Virus record (IMG/VR): IMGVR_UViG_3300031974_004257
Coordinates: 1-60,116 of that record
From: a virus
Lineage: Duplodnaviria; Caudoviricetes
Length of the DNA stretch: 60,116 nt
Reading direction: 5' to 3' (one strand)
This document shows, one piece after another, positions 39,934 to 49,324 of the stretch. Numbering within the stretch: the stretch's first letter is position 1; each line of letters begins with the position of its first letter. Under the pieces are notes generated by a model. It was given only the letters and a program-made list of their open reading frames with translations. It ran no database searches and had not been told where the DNA came from. Position numbers and translations under genes: made by a program.

Positions 39934-40613
39934 TATAAGTTCTCCAGTTTTATTTTAGCTTGTAATAGGTCATCATTTGTATCAATATCAATGTTATAGT
40001 CTGTATCCATATGATACGGTATACACTTATCTCCAACCATACACCTCTTATTCATTATAGTACTGGTCTTTACAATATCAATACACGCATTTTGAGAATA
40101 TGCTGGGCGAAGTATTTGACGAGGGAGTGAATGAAAGTTACCCCCTCCCTTAACTACTGGCTCTAGTAGACCTTCTGGATCTACAAACCATGTCTTAAAT
40201 GGTGAATTAGATGCTTTAGTTATTGACCTTAAAGAGTCTACTTTCTCATAGTTTGTTTCAAATAATTCTACAGCCTCTTCAATAATGATTGAATTGATTT
40301 GCGGTGAAGTTGCTCGAAGGTGAATGACATAATCATATCCCTCGTGCTGAGAAACAAAATCAATAAAACAATCTATATCGGTCGATAAATCTCCCGCTAA
40401 CTCAACAGGTCTATTGTGAATCTGAGCACCGTAGGACTTAGAGACTTTTGCTATTTCTTCATCCTCTGTAGAGACCCACACATTTTCATATCCAGCCTGA
40501 AAAGCTGCCTCTATGGGATAAGATATAAGTGGCTTGCTATTTATTTTAATTAGGTTTTTTCGGGGAATGCTCTTGCTCCCACCCCTAGCTAAAATAACAA
40601 CACATTTTTTCAT
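39933..40613 (-). CDS. neuA: CMP-nonulosonic acid synthetase (acylneuraminate cytidylyltransferase)
   Basis: 226 aa. ILARGGSKSIPRKNL, KPLI, VSTED, RP.ELA.D, TSP, RQ and DIDT. TAATG-coupled to neuB. Confidence 0.92.
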   Translation of the reverse strand: MKKCVVILARGGSKSIPRKNLIKINSKPLISYPIEAAFQAGYENVWVSTEDEEIAKVSKSYGAQIHNRPVELAGDLSTDIDCFIDFVSQHEGYDYVIHLRATSPQINSIIIEEAVELFETNYEKVDSLRSITKASNSPFKTWFVDPEGLLEPVVKGGGNFHSLPRQILRPAYSQNACIDIVKTSTIMNKRCMVGDKCIPYHMDTDYNIDIDTNDDLLQAKIKLENL

Positions 40614-40628
40614 TGTCTAAGACCAATA

Positions 40629-40637
40629 CTTATATCA
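40629..40637 (-). promoter_or_regulatory. Possible extended -10 promoter upstream of neuA
   Basis: Minus strand TGaTATAAG, 15 nt upstream of the neuA ATG, in the largest intergenic gap of the island. No good -35. Confidence 0.3.
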
Positions 40638-40670
40638 CATTGTAGCGTGTCTCTATGGAAGTGTTTAGTA

Positions 40671-41273
40671 TTATTCAAAAAGAGATATTTTACCCTGTAG
40701 GTGTAGTTCCCGGACTATTCTTTCTTCATCATCTTTACGATGATTTTGTTGGTAAGGTATTACACTCTCAAAGTAATGAAATTTTGAAGGGTCTTGAAAA
40801 AAAGAAAAACCATAACAACTAACTTTGTCGAAATTTTCTAAAGCATACTGTATGCCTAGATAACCCATTGTTGGATCACCTCCAAGTATATTCCTATGGG
40901 CTGTCAACCATTCATCGGATATGTGCTTTATCTTATTTCCCTTGTTAAGAGTCATATCTCTATAAAGTTCGACACTATCATTAAAGTTTGACAAAGATTT
41001 CAACCAAATGGTTTCATTTGTTAATTCTCTAACATACTGATTATTATACTCTGGGAAAAACTGTGTGTGGTTTGCTAAGTGATTCGGGTCAATGGCGCAC
41101 AATATGGGATGACAATTCATAAACCTAATGTTTCTTTTTGACCCTACATGTTTTTCATAACCCTCAGTCTCAGCAATATTAAACCTTATTACCACGTCGT
41201 GGGAATCAATGTCATTACCAAACTCTTTTTCTAGTATAATTGGAGAATTTCCAACCACAGCACAACTAATCAT
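40671..41273 (-). CDS. GT29-family sialyltransferase (soluble)
   Basis: 200 aa. Sialylmotif L CAVVGNS...IDSHDVVIRFN...YEKHVGSK, motif S PTMG...V..YGF, motif III HYFE, motif VS HxxxxE (HRKDDE). Adjacent to neuA/neuB. Confidence 0.88.
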   Translation of the reverse strand: MISCAVVGNSPIILEKEFGNDIDSHDVVIRFNIAETEGYEKHVGSKRNIRFMNCHPILCAIDPNHLANHTQFFPEYNNQYVRELTNETIWLKSLSNFNDSVELYRDMTLNKGNKIKHISDEWLTAHRNILGGDPTMGYLGIQYALENFDKVSCYGFSFFQDPSKFHYFESVIPYQQNHRKDDEERIVRELHLQGKISLFE

Positions 41274-41653
41274 TTTTGACCCTTTAAAATGTTTTTATAC
41301 TCTTCATAGTCTCTAATATAATTTGATTCATCATATAAAGCATCAGCAAATACCAACAAACAAGTATTAGCCTCTAAATATTCCAACGTCAGCCATTCCA
41401 ACTCTTTTTGGTAATACGTGTCTCCCTGTTCCATAGTGAACTTTTCTATGCCACTTTTATCTTCCTTTGAAACATTAACAGAGCCATTTAAGCAAATTAA
41501 AAAGTGTTCCTCTCCTTGGTGGGCATGTCTACCTCGGATATCATTAGCTTGGTTGTTTTTAACAAAAAAAGACCTCTTAGGATTAAACGGTATTTGAGAT
41601 ATGTCAAAGGGTATCAAAAATCCTGTAGGGTTTTTCTTAACTTCTAATCGCAT
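41270..41653 (-). CDS. dTDP-sugar 3,4-ketoisomerase (FdtA/QdtA cupin)
   Basis: IPFNPKR.F, RGRHAH, ICLNGSV, LLVFA...YDESNYIRDY. Start taken at MRLEVKK (41653); 41674 is an alternative. Confidence 0.85.
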   Translation of the reverse strand: MRLEVKKNPTGFLIPFDISQIPFNPKRSFFVKNNQANDIRGRHAHQGEEHFLICLNGSVNVSKEDKSGIEKFTMEQGDTYYQKELEWLTLEYLEANTCLLVFADALYDESNYIRDYEEYKNILKGQK

Positions 41654-42563
41654 ATTTTTGTACCCTCTCGACAACAGTGTTTAATTCTTCTTCGGTCAAC
41701 ATTTCATGAAAAGGCAGTGAAACAGTTGTCTTACCTTCAAGTGTAGATTTTGGTAAGTTTCGCAACTTGGTGTTATAAACTGGATTTTCATGTAGAGCAG
41801 CATAGTGGATACCTGTCTGAATGTCTACTTGTTTCATATCCTCTATGAACTTATCTCTATTTTTTACATTTATGCGATACAAATGGTTACTAGTATTTTG
41901 AGCCCCCAAACGGTCGTTATAAAAGTCCCTTATCTGTAAAAGTTTATTGTTTTTATCATCTAGTTTCTCTAGATTATTCAATGCGATTTGAGATTGAACC
42001 GAATTCATGTACATCTTGTAGCCGGGAAATTTTATCTTCCTGTCCCAGTTGTCTTTAGAAAACGTCATACCATTAAGAGTTGACTCTTTAAATCTTTGTA
42101 TTTTAGACCAGTCATTGGAGACTATGATACCCCCATCACACGATCCAATAGGCTTTGTTGGGTAAAAGCTAAAAATCATCAAGTCTTTGTCATCTGCTTC
42201 GTTCTTAAACTGATCCCGTTGTACCTTTTGGGCTGAATCTATTACTTTATAATCTTCGAACTGATGAAGAATATATGAATCCCCAACCCACTCAGTATTG
42301 TCTGTAAAGTTTACTTTGTTTCCGCCAGTGATCAAGCCATTACAAACGACCGGAGGGATGACAGAGGGGACATTAATCGTCATACCTTTATTAAGGAAAG
42401 CCAAAAATATAGCATTAGTGGCACTACTCACAGAACAAGCGTACTTTGCCCCTACATATTCACAAAATTTAGATTCAAATTCTTCTACCACTTCACCATG
42501 TAGTAAGTGAGAGAAATTAGAGGTATCAATAACATAAGAGGGTATGTTAAATAACTGAATCAT
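41637..42563 (-). CDS. DegT/DnrJ/EryC1/StrS sugar aminotransferase
   Basis: VEEFE, SSATNA, IDSAQ, FSFYPTKPIGSCDGG (PLP lysine), IHY and SLPFH. Start revised to 42563 (ATGA overlap). Confidence 0.88.
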   Translation of the reverse strand: MIQLFNIPSYVIDTSNFSHLLHGEVVEEFESKFCEYVGAKYACSVSSATNAIFLAFLNKGMTINVPSVIPPVVCNGLITGGNKVNFTDNTEWVGDSYILHQFEDYKVIDSAQKVQRDQFKNEADDKDLMIFSFYPTKPIGSCDGGIIVSNDWSKIQRFKESTLNGMTFSKDNWDRKIKFPGYKMYMNSVQSQIALNNLEKLDDKNNKLLQIRDFYNDRLGAQNTSNHLYRINVKNRDKFIEDMKQVDIQTGIHYAALHENPVYNTKLRNLPKSTLEGKTTVSLPFHEMLTEEELNTVVERVQKYAIRS

Positions 42564-43351
42564 TGCTTTAGTCCCATGTAGCAAATCCATGTGTACGAGG
42601 GTGCTTCGGTTAAATATACAGGATATTTATCGCTTGTATTCATCTCTAGTAGTGGTTCTGGCGAGGCGTAAATGTCATCGTCCCACACATCGCCCCAACG
42701 AGTAGTTGGTATCTTATATATCGGAGGCATCTCCTGATAGACATCAACCCTATCGTCAAATCTTTGATAGTCAAAGTAAGAGTATTTGTGATGCTCCCGA
42801 CGACCAGCATAATCCATCACATAGTCTCGACATGCTAAAATTTTCTTAGGGGAAAATGTATCACCCTGAGTGGAGGGATAATTATCCTCATATAAAATAT
42901 GTTTAACACCTAGAGAGTGAACATACTCCAACCGATCCAAAAAGTTCTGGTGATCATCAAGAAACAAAACTATATCTTCTCTTGTAATTCCTTCATTTTC
43001 TTCCATCTCTGAAAACAGCTTTTGCCAATCATATGATGTCATATCTTTATCAAGATACAGTGCTTTATCGCTTTTATACACGAGGTGTCTGAATGTTATA
43101 TCAATTGAGATTATTTTTGCTTCTGGAACTGCTTGTTCGATTATCCAGGTTCCTAGTCCTTTCCATACTCCGCTCTCGATAACTACCTTAGGTTTCAATT
43201 GCCGAAGAGCATACCAAGTATTAAACAAGTGCGGTGACTTCATGCCCCCTTCATTGTCATTAACAGGTCTTTTTTTATAGATTTCGTAAAACTCTTCTAA
43301 GGAGTTTTTTACTTGTTCTTTATTACTATAATCAATATAGTCGCTCCTCAT
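42560..43351 (-). CDS. Putative methyltransferase-fold protein
   Basis: 263 aa. KPKVVIESGVWKGLGT, ISID, LDDH and EDNY resemble Methyltransf_24-like proteins. Confidence 0.55.
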   Translation of the reverse strand: MRSDYIDYSNKEQVKNSLEEFYEIYKKRPVNDNEGGMKSPHLFNTWYALRQLKPKVVIESGVWKGLGTWIIEQAVPEAKIISIDITFRHLVYKSDKALYLDKDMTSYDWQKLFSEMEENEGITREDIVLFLDDHQNFLDRLEYVHSLGVKHILYEDNYPSTQGDTFSPKKILACRDYVMDYAGRREHHKYSYFDYQRFDDRVDVYQEMPPIYKIPTTRWGDVWDDDIYASPEPLLEMNTSDKYPVYLTEAPSYTWICYMGLKQ

Positions 43352-43950
43352 TATTGGTCCTTTCGAAATAGAAATGTTCTGTGATTACTTTCGTATGGGA
43401 AAGACCTAATAGCTCGCACAACACTAAAACCATTGAATTTAAATGTGTTTACCATGTCTTCATAGTTTATGACTGTCTTTACTGTGGGTAGGTTACCATA
43501 TGTAATGTAATTGTCAAGGTGAGATTCGCCACGTGTCACCTCTTGACGATGAATCAAGACATCACCAGTAGCGTGAATCAATATTTTATTAAGGATAGTG
43601 TACCACTCAGGCACCTCACTCAGGAAACTATTCATCAAGACCAAATCATGATCTTTAACAAATTCAAAACTAGTTTCATTGGCATCGAATCCTATGTAAT
43701 TTTGTGAAGGGCTAGAAACTTTGGAAACGTCATTAATGATATGTGGTAAATCAGCGCCCGTATATTCCCACTCAGGATAAGTTAGTGCTACTTCCGCAGC
43801 ACCACACCCAATATCAAGCAATGTTTTTCCGTCTGAAAGTTTAACACATTCGTCTAGGGCGGTAAAGTGATCTGATTCTTTCAGTGGCTTAAACCCAGCG
43901 TTCAACATTGAATTGGGTAGCTGCTCCTCATCATACCATGCTGTTTTCAT
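43351..43950 (-). CDS. Class I SAM-dependent methyltransferase
   Basis: 199 aa with LLDIGCG and YTGAD. Confidence 0.8.
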   Translation of the reverse strand: MKTAWYDEEQLPNSMLNAGFKPLKESDHFTALDECVKLSDGKTLLDIGCGAAEVALTYPEWEYTGADLPHIINDVSKVSSPSQNYIGFDANETSFEFVKDHDLVLMNSFLSEVPEWYTILNKILIHATGDVLIHRQEVTRGESHLDNYITYGNLPTVKTVINYEDMVNTFKFNGFSVVRAIRSFPYESNHRTFLFRKDQ

Positions 43951-44837
43951 TGGTTTTCCATCTCCCTTTTAATTCTAGCCATTAGTGCCTCTATATTCTT
44001 CTCTATAGCAGCAGGGTGTTGCCCATCAAAATCAGCGGTATAACATTCACCTCGGTACTCCGGCTTAAACTCGTGAACTCCTTGAAATTGTTTTTCTATC
44101 TGATACCTTTCAAAAGGTTCAGCGTTCATCCACGGAACATAAACCCTATTGTAATAATCATCTATACACTTAGACATGCTAACTTTAGCTTTATAATATT
44201 CTATCTTATTCTTAACTTGTTTTGGGAAGACATACGAATAATGATACATCTCTATACCAGTAGTATTATAAAGTGTCTCGCTGTCAATATGTTTTCTAGA
44301 GATGTTTAAGTCTTCTGGGTATCTTATAGTTGGTGGGCGGTGCGTCAACCAAGTACTACCTGGAGTTACTCTGAATATTCGCAAGAAGTTATCTCTGTTA
44401 AGCTCGAAACCAGTAAGATAGTTGTCAAACCCTCCATAGAAACTTTTACTACGAACCCCTACACTTGTGGGCTGTACTTCTTGAAGAAATGATATCATTT
44501 TTTCTATATCTGACTGGAGATAAAGTTCATCGCTATCAAGATTCCACAAGTAATCAATGTCATCTCTAAGATGAGTCAAATAAGCATTACACTGTTCATC
44601 TTTTTCGCTATATTGCCCCCTAACAATATGTATTTTATTGTCGGGGTCAGGAAAATTATTTAAAATCTCATTTGTTCGATCAGTGGAGGTGGTTCTTCCT
44701 CTATCTTGCCAATATTTAACTGGACCCTCAGCTATTAATATCTGAGTCGCATAAGGATAGACTTGTTCTAAGCACTCTTGTAGAACATAATCTCCTTCAA
44801 ATACTATCATCCCGAAGGCTATTTTTGGTTTTCTCAT
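43947..44837 (-). CDS. GT-A fold (GT2-like) glycosyltransferase
   Basis: STDRT, WNLDSDE (DxD) and HYSYV. Start taken at MRKPKIAF after SD AAGGAAG. Confidence 0.7.
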   Translation of the reverse strand: MRKPKIAFGMIVFEGDYVLQECLEQVYPYATQILIAEGPVKYWQDRGRTTSTDRTNEILNNFPDPDNKIHIVRGQYSEKDEQCNAYLTHLRDDIDYLWNLDSDELYLQSDIEKMISFLQEVQPTSVGVRSKSFYGGFDNYLTGFELNRDNFLRIFRVTPGSTWLTHRPPTIRYPEDLNISRKHIDSETLYNTTGIEMYHYSYVFPKQVKNKIEYYKAKVSMSKCIDDYYNRVYVPWMNAEPFERYQIEKQFQGVHEFKPEYRGECYTADFDGQHPAAIEKNIEALMARIKREMENQ

Positions 44838-45738
44838 GTGCTTCCTTAAGATCATTATAATACTGATCGGCTATATGTTTAATAAAGTGTCTTTGAACTT
44901 CTGTTCCCATAGGAGCACTCACAAATCCATGGCGGGGTGCTAGTTGATAAGAGTTGTTTTTGTAATCTGGCTTAAAATTAGAAAAATGACAATACAGAAG
45001 ATCTTGAGTGTAATTACTCCATCTTATTTTTCCATCAGTGGTATACTCATGGAAAATAAAATTCCAAGGTGCTAGATGACCTATATCTGAATCTAGTATC
45101 TTTACTTCCTCTGTGAGTTCTTCGAATACTTCCAAATATTTTTGATCTCCACAGGTGCCGTGTGTTTTTGCGTATTCATTGTCGGGCTTTAGTAGGCAAT
45201 TTTTCCACCACGTTAATACCTTGTATCCTTCAAAGTTGTTTTTAAAATAAACAATCCCAACATTATATTTGCCATTCACTGGGTTGTACGAGCACCTGTG
45301 CTCGACTATACCTACACTACATTCTTCTACTGACCTTCTGAGGTTTGATAGATCACGAAAGAAGTATATGTCTGAGTCGATATATAATACATCATCTACT
45401 GGTAAGTTCTCCATACACCACCAAGTAAAATATGGGGCAAGAGACCACATAAACTGTAGTCTAGTAGCATCACCAGTATTGTTTGCTGTATTTATCAATG
45501 CCTCTCTTGAGGGAGGGTTTGATTGCGCCTGCCTTAGAACAGGGTCTGCTTCTAGTAGGTCAGCTAGTTTATATTTCTTAATATTAGGTTCATTACATTT
45601 TTCAAATATTTGATCATCCACACACAATAGATGTAAGGTATAATCACTCTGATGACGCTTCAGTGAAGCATTTAGAGCTAATACTTTTTCTGTGAAGTTG
45701 TTGTCCGCTAAGGTACAAAAATTATTCATAATCTTCAA
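44797..45738 (-). CDS. GT-A fold glycosyltransferase (GT8-like)
   Basis: 313 aa. FCT, YIDSDIYFF (DxD), YNVG, GDQKYL, LAPWN and HFS. Confidence 0.75.
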   Translation of the reverse strand: MKIMNNFCTLADNNFTEKVLALNASLKRHQSDYTLHLLCVDDQIFEKCNEPNIKKYKLADLLEADPVLRQAQSNPPSREALINTANNTGDATRLQFMWSLAPYFTWWCMENLPVDDVLYIDSDIYFFRDLSNLRRSVEECSVGIVEHRCSYNPVNGKYNVGIVYFKNNFEGYKVLTWWKNCLLKPDNEYAKTHGTCGDQKYLEVFEELTEEVKILDSDIGHLAPWNFIFHEYTTDGKIRWSNYTQDLLYCHFSNFKPDYKNNSYQLAPRHGFVSAPMGTEVQRHFIKHIADQYYNDLKEAHEKTKNSLRDDSI

Positions 45739-45746
45739 TTCTTAGT

Positions 45747-46421
45747 TCAGGTTTTCAAAATAACACAAATAGCATCCCAAATATGAACCGACAGAGTGTT
45801 GCTGGTACTGTCGTCAACGCTAGTTATTATATCTTTCAAAAAATTATCAAAGTCTTTTCTTCTGTTATTAAAATCCATATTTGGACTACCCTCAATAGCA
45901 CGGCTCTTTGTCTTAGTTGGATAATCACGCTCTGGCAAATGAAATCCATAACTATTATAAAGATCTTCTATAATGTAAACCCCTTTTTCTTCTAAACTAT
46001 CCCACAAAAAAGAAAGAGAATCTATAATATCACTATTGATATGTGACCCATCATCAATTATAATATCAAACTTATCACGTCCTGTTTTTAGTTTACAGGA
46101 TTCTAGTACTTTGTCAATAGTAGGTTTTTGCTCTTGCGGTCCAATAATAATACTTACCCGGTCATCCTGGCATGAAAGGCAGTCTCTATCTATGTCGATG
46201 CCAAATATATTAGCCTTCGGAAAATACTCTTTCCAAACAGATAACGAAGGACCCTTTCTCACTCCAATCTCTAAAATATTAATCTCCTGATCCCTAAAGC
46301 GATTAAAATAGAGATCATATACATCTAAATAATTAAAATCTTTGGTGCGGTTATCTGTCGCCTTGTCTGTGCCATAATGTTTGGCTAGTACTGATAGTTC
46401 ATTTTTCTTGTTTGGATACAT
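45747..46421 (-). CDS. Sugar O-methyltransferase-like protein (MycE/Methyltransf_24-like)
   Basis: 224 aa. YGTDK, LEIGVRKGPSL, GIDI, FDIIIDDGSH and GVYIIEDL. Confidence 0.8.
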   Translation of the reverse strand: MYPNKKNELSVLAKHYGTDKATDNRTKDFNYLDVYDLYFNRFRDQEINILEIGVRKGPSLSVWKEYFPKANIFGIDIDRDCLSCQDDRVSIIIGPQEQKPTIDKVLESCKLKTGRDKFDIIIDDGSHINSDIIDSLSFLWDSLEEKGVYIIEDLYNSYGFHLPERDYPTKTKSRAIEGSPNMDFNNRRKDFDNFLKDIITSVDDSTSNTLSVHIWDAICVILKT

Positions 46422-46432
46422 TGAGTTTTCCT

Positions 46433-47326
46433 TTATACAAATTTAAGTATTCCTTGATTTTTAGGTATTTTAAATCCTGTTTCTGTGAGTTTTTCGGAAT
46501 CTATAGAATATCTAATGTCCTGACCAAGTCTATTTTTTACAAATTTTACGTGTGGTTTAATATTATCAATGCCGTACCAGGAGCAAATTTGCTCGACCAC
46601 CTCTAGATTTGTCAAATGATTATCAGCAGCGATATTAAATACTTCATTTTTATACTCGTTCATTATCAGGTGATAGATCGCCGAAACATTATCCTCAACC
46701 CTGACCCAGTCTCTTATATAAGAACCATCGCCATGTATAGGAATTTTAGTATTATTCTCTAAACACTCTATGATTTTAGGGATCAATTTTTCAGAGTATT
46801 GTCGTGATCCATAATTATTAGAACTACGTGTTATCAAATAGTCTAGACCATATGTCTTATTGTGGGAAAATACAAACATTTCCCCTGCTGCTTTACTTGC
46901 TGAATAGGGGTTACTCGGAAGAAGCATATCCTTTTCATAGAACTTTTTGTCTCGGGTGTCGCCATAAACCTCGTCAGTACTTATCTGTACAAACAAAGGA
47001 GGATTGTAGACTTTTGCTCTGACAAGCTCTAGCAAATTAAATACCCCCCTAGCATTACTGTCAAAGAAAACTTTGGGCGATTCAATAGAATTATCTACAT
47101 GAGATTCGGCAGCAAAATTAACAACAACATCACACGGAGGTAGATGTGTCATAGTAGATATATCTTGCTCAATCAATTGATAGTTTTCATTCTCATCCCA
47201 AGGGACTGTCTTGTTGGAGGCATAAGTCAACTTATCAATATCTATAACAGTGTGCCCTTTCGATAGAACTAGTTCTACAAAATGGCTGCCGATAAAACCT
47301 CGACCACCGGTTACTACAAATTTCAT
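46433..47326 (-). CDS. rfbB: dTDP-glucose 4,6-dehydratase
   Basis: 297 aa. VTGGRGFIGS, DKLTYA, FAAESHVDNSI, ISTDEVYG, PYSASKA, NNYG..Q..EKLIP, RDW and GQD.RY. Confidence 0.93.
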   Translation of the reverse strand: MKFVVTGGRGFIGSHFVELVLSKGHTVIDIDKLTYASNKTVPWDENENYQLIEQDISTMTHLPPCDVVVNFAAESHVDNSIESPKVFFDSNARGVFNLLELVRAKVYNPPLFVQISTDEVYGDTRDKKFYEKDMLLPSNPYSASKAAGEMFVFSHNKTYGLDYLITRSSNNYGSRQYSEKLIPKIIECLENNTKIPIHGDGSYIRDWVRVEDNVSAIYHLIMNEYKNEVFNIAADNHLTNLEVVEQICSWYGIDNIKPHVKFVKNRLGQDIRYSIDSEKLTETGFKIPKNQGILKFV

Positions 47327-47329
47327 ATT

Positions 47330-49324
47330 TTACCCCTGTAAGAAAACCTTTTGGTATTTCTTGAAAATTGAAAATTCTTCCTTTTGTTTCTTTTTTTCAG
47401 TCTCTTTATTTGTTGAGATACCTTTAGGATTTAGATAATACAAGCCTAGGAGCTTGTTTAGACAAAAGAACTTAGACCCACCAAAGGCAGCCCTCAGCCA
47501 CATCTCCCAGTCACCAGCACTAAAATATTCATCATTGAAAGTACCGTGCTTATCGTGAAGGGATTTTCGCCACATAGGATTATTGTGAGGAGAATTTCCT
47601 TTAAGAAGTGTCTCTTTTCCAGTAAAGGCAAATGGAGTAAGTTTACGCCAAGTAGGATCTTGATCTTCGAATCTTTGATTAGGCTTATCCGTTATATAAC
47701 AATCGGCATAAACTAGATCTACATCCTCTTTGCTAAAAAGTGTTTTAGCGTGATATTCCAATGAATCGATACTCTTGCGGTCATCAAGATTAGCGTTTGT
47801 TAAAAACTCCCCTGTTGATAGTTCAATTCCCATATTCCAGACTCCATAGATTCCAGGGTCCTTGTCTAGTCTTTTATACACAATATTGTCTGGGAATTTC
47901 TTAAGGTATTGGTTTATAACTTCTTCTTCATTCCCTGGAGAATTAGCATTAATCAGAATTAGTTCGCACTTTTCTTTGAAAATTGTCTGGCGGGTTATAT
48001 CCTCCAGGAAACCTTCTATGTGATCATCACCGTCATAAACAGATGTGATAATAGATATTTTTGGCAACAGTCCTGTGTCCACGTCTTTATAATCAATCAA
48101 GGAAAGGTTGTTCTTTATAAAAGATTGATACTTTTCATGTACTTTAGAAATGTTTTGATTTTCACGAAGATATGATGATAACACACTAGTATCAAAGTCA
48201 AGGTATCTTCCCGGTTTTCTAATTTGCCGAAGTGCTTTCTTAAATGATTCTTCTTTAGGGTAAGCCCACTCACATTCTGGGGTGATTAAGTTTGGCATCA
48301 AGTGATAGGGTTTTACCTTGTCAATCGTATAGTCAACTTTGATAAAGTGACTCTTTATCTTTTTCTTTCCACTTTTAGATGTTACGGGAACTCTTAAAAA
48401 ATCCAAATGTCCAGACCAATTAGTAGTTATAATTGGTATATTATTACAGGCAGCCTGAAATAGAGGTATCCCAAAGCCTTCTCCGTGTGTTGTTGAAATA
48501 TAACAATCAATTACTTCGGGGTCGTAGAGTGACTGTACTTGAGAGTCACTCATGCTCCCGTGTACTAGGTAAACTTTACATTTACGATCTTTAGCTACTG
48601 TGTCTAGCAAATTAATAAGCCTGTCCCTGGTGGCGTGATAGTCCAAAGTGCTGTTATTTTGTAAATGTGTCTTAATAACTAAACCCACCTCAGGGTCATC
48701 CTTAAATTCGGATAAAAACCATTGAATCATCAAATCAAAGTTTTTACGAGGTGCCATCTGTAGAACAGTTAGAAAGTTAAACTTAGTACTAAGCTGTATT
48801 TGAGAGTAAATATCTTCCTTATCTTCTTGCCTATATCCATGAGGAATTACATCGATGGGAGTCGTTATCTTAGCCCCATCGGCACCCTTAGTATTTTTAA
48901 GATTTTTCTTAGCGTGCTCAGAGCATACCAGTATACGGTTCATAGAATTACATTTAGAGATCCACGCTTCAGGGGCAAAAGTTGTTTCTAGGGCGGCAGT
49001 GACTCCTATGTCATTTTCTGACATTCTTTCAAATTCGTTCGGCGGCTTGACCTGATATGTAGTGTCGTACAATCCAGCAAGGTTTACATTGCCTTGCGGG
49101 TCAACATGTCGGCGGTATAATTCTTGTGTCTTATTTATGTACTTCTTGTACTTTTGAAAATACTTGAGGCTCCGGCTGGATGCTGCCCACTGTGTTTCTT
49201 GAATGTAAAGATCTATCTGATCTCCCATGTTTATAAAAGCGTCTGCTAGTGTTCTCGCATGTTCGCTATAACCAGAAATATTACATACCGGTCCCACAAT
49301 AAGGACTCTTGGAGTTGTTGTCAT
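47330..49324 (-). CDS. Bifunctional glycosyltransferase (N-terminal GT4-like plus C-terminal GT2)
   Basis: 664 aa. SGY, RKN and THGEGFGIP in the GT-B part; ISIITSVY, GIYGVWNMG, NLDD and DWEMWLR in the GT2 part. Confidence 0.85.
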   Translation of the reverse strand: MTTTPRVLIVGPVCNISGYSEHARTLADAFINMGDQIDLYIQETQWAASSRSLKYFQKYKKYINKTQELYRRHVDPQGNVNLAGLYDTTYQVKPPNEFERMSENDIGVTAALETTFAPEAWISKCNSMNRILVCSEHAKKNLKNTKGADGAKITTPIDVIPHGYRQEDKEDIYSQIQLSTKFNFLTVLQMAPRKNFDLMIQWFLSEFKDDPEVGLVIKTHLQNNSTLDYHATRDRLINLLDTVAKDRKCKVYLVHGSMSDSQVQSLYDPEVIDCYISTTHGEGFGIPLFQAACNNIPIITTNWSGHLDFLRVPVTSKSGKKKIKSHFIKVDYTIDKVKPYHLMPNLITPECEWAYPKEESFKKALRQIRKPGRYLDFDTSVLSSYLRENQNISKVHEKYQSFIKNNLSLIDYKDVDTGLLPKISIITSVYDGDDHIEGFLEDITRQTIFKEKCELILINANSPGNEEEVINQYLKKFPDNIVYKRLDKDPGIYGVWNMGIELSTGEFLTNANLDDRKSIDSLEYHAKTLFSKEDVDLVYADCYITDKPNQRFEDQDPTWRKLTPFAFTGKETLLKGNSPHNNPMWRKSLHDKHGTFNDEYFSAGDWEMWLRAAFGGSKFFCLNKLLGLYYLNPKGISTNKETEKKKQKEEFSIFKKYQKVFLQG

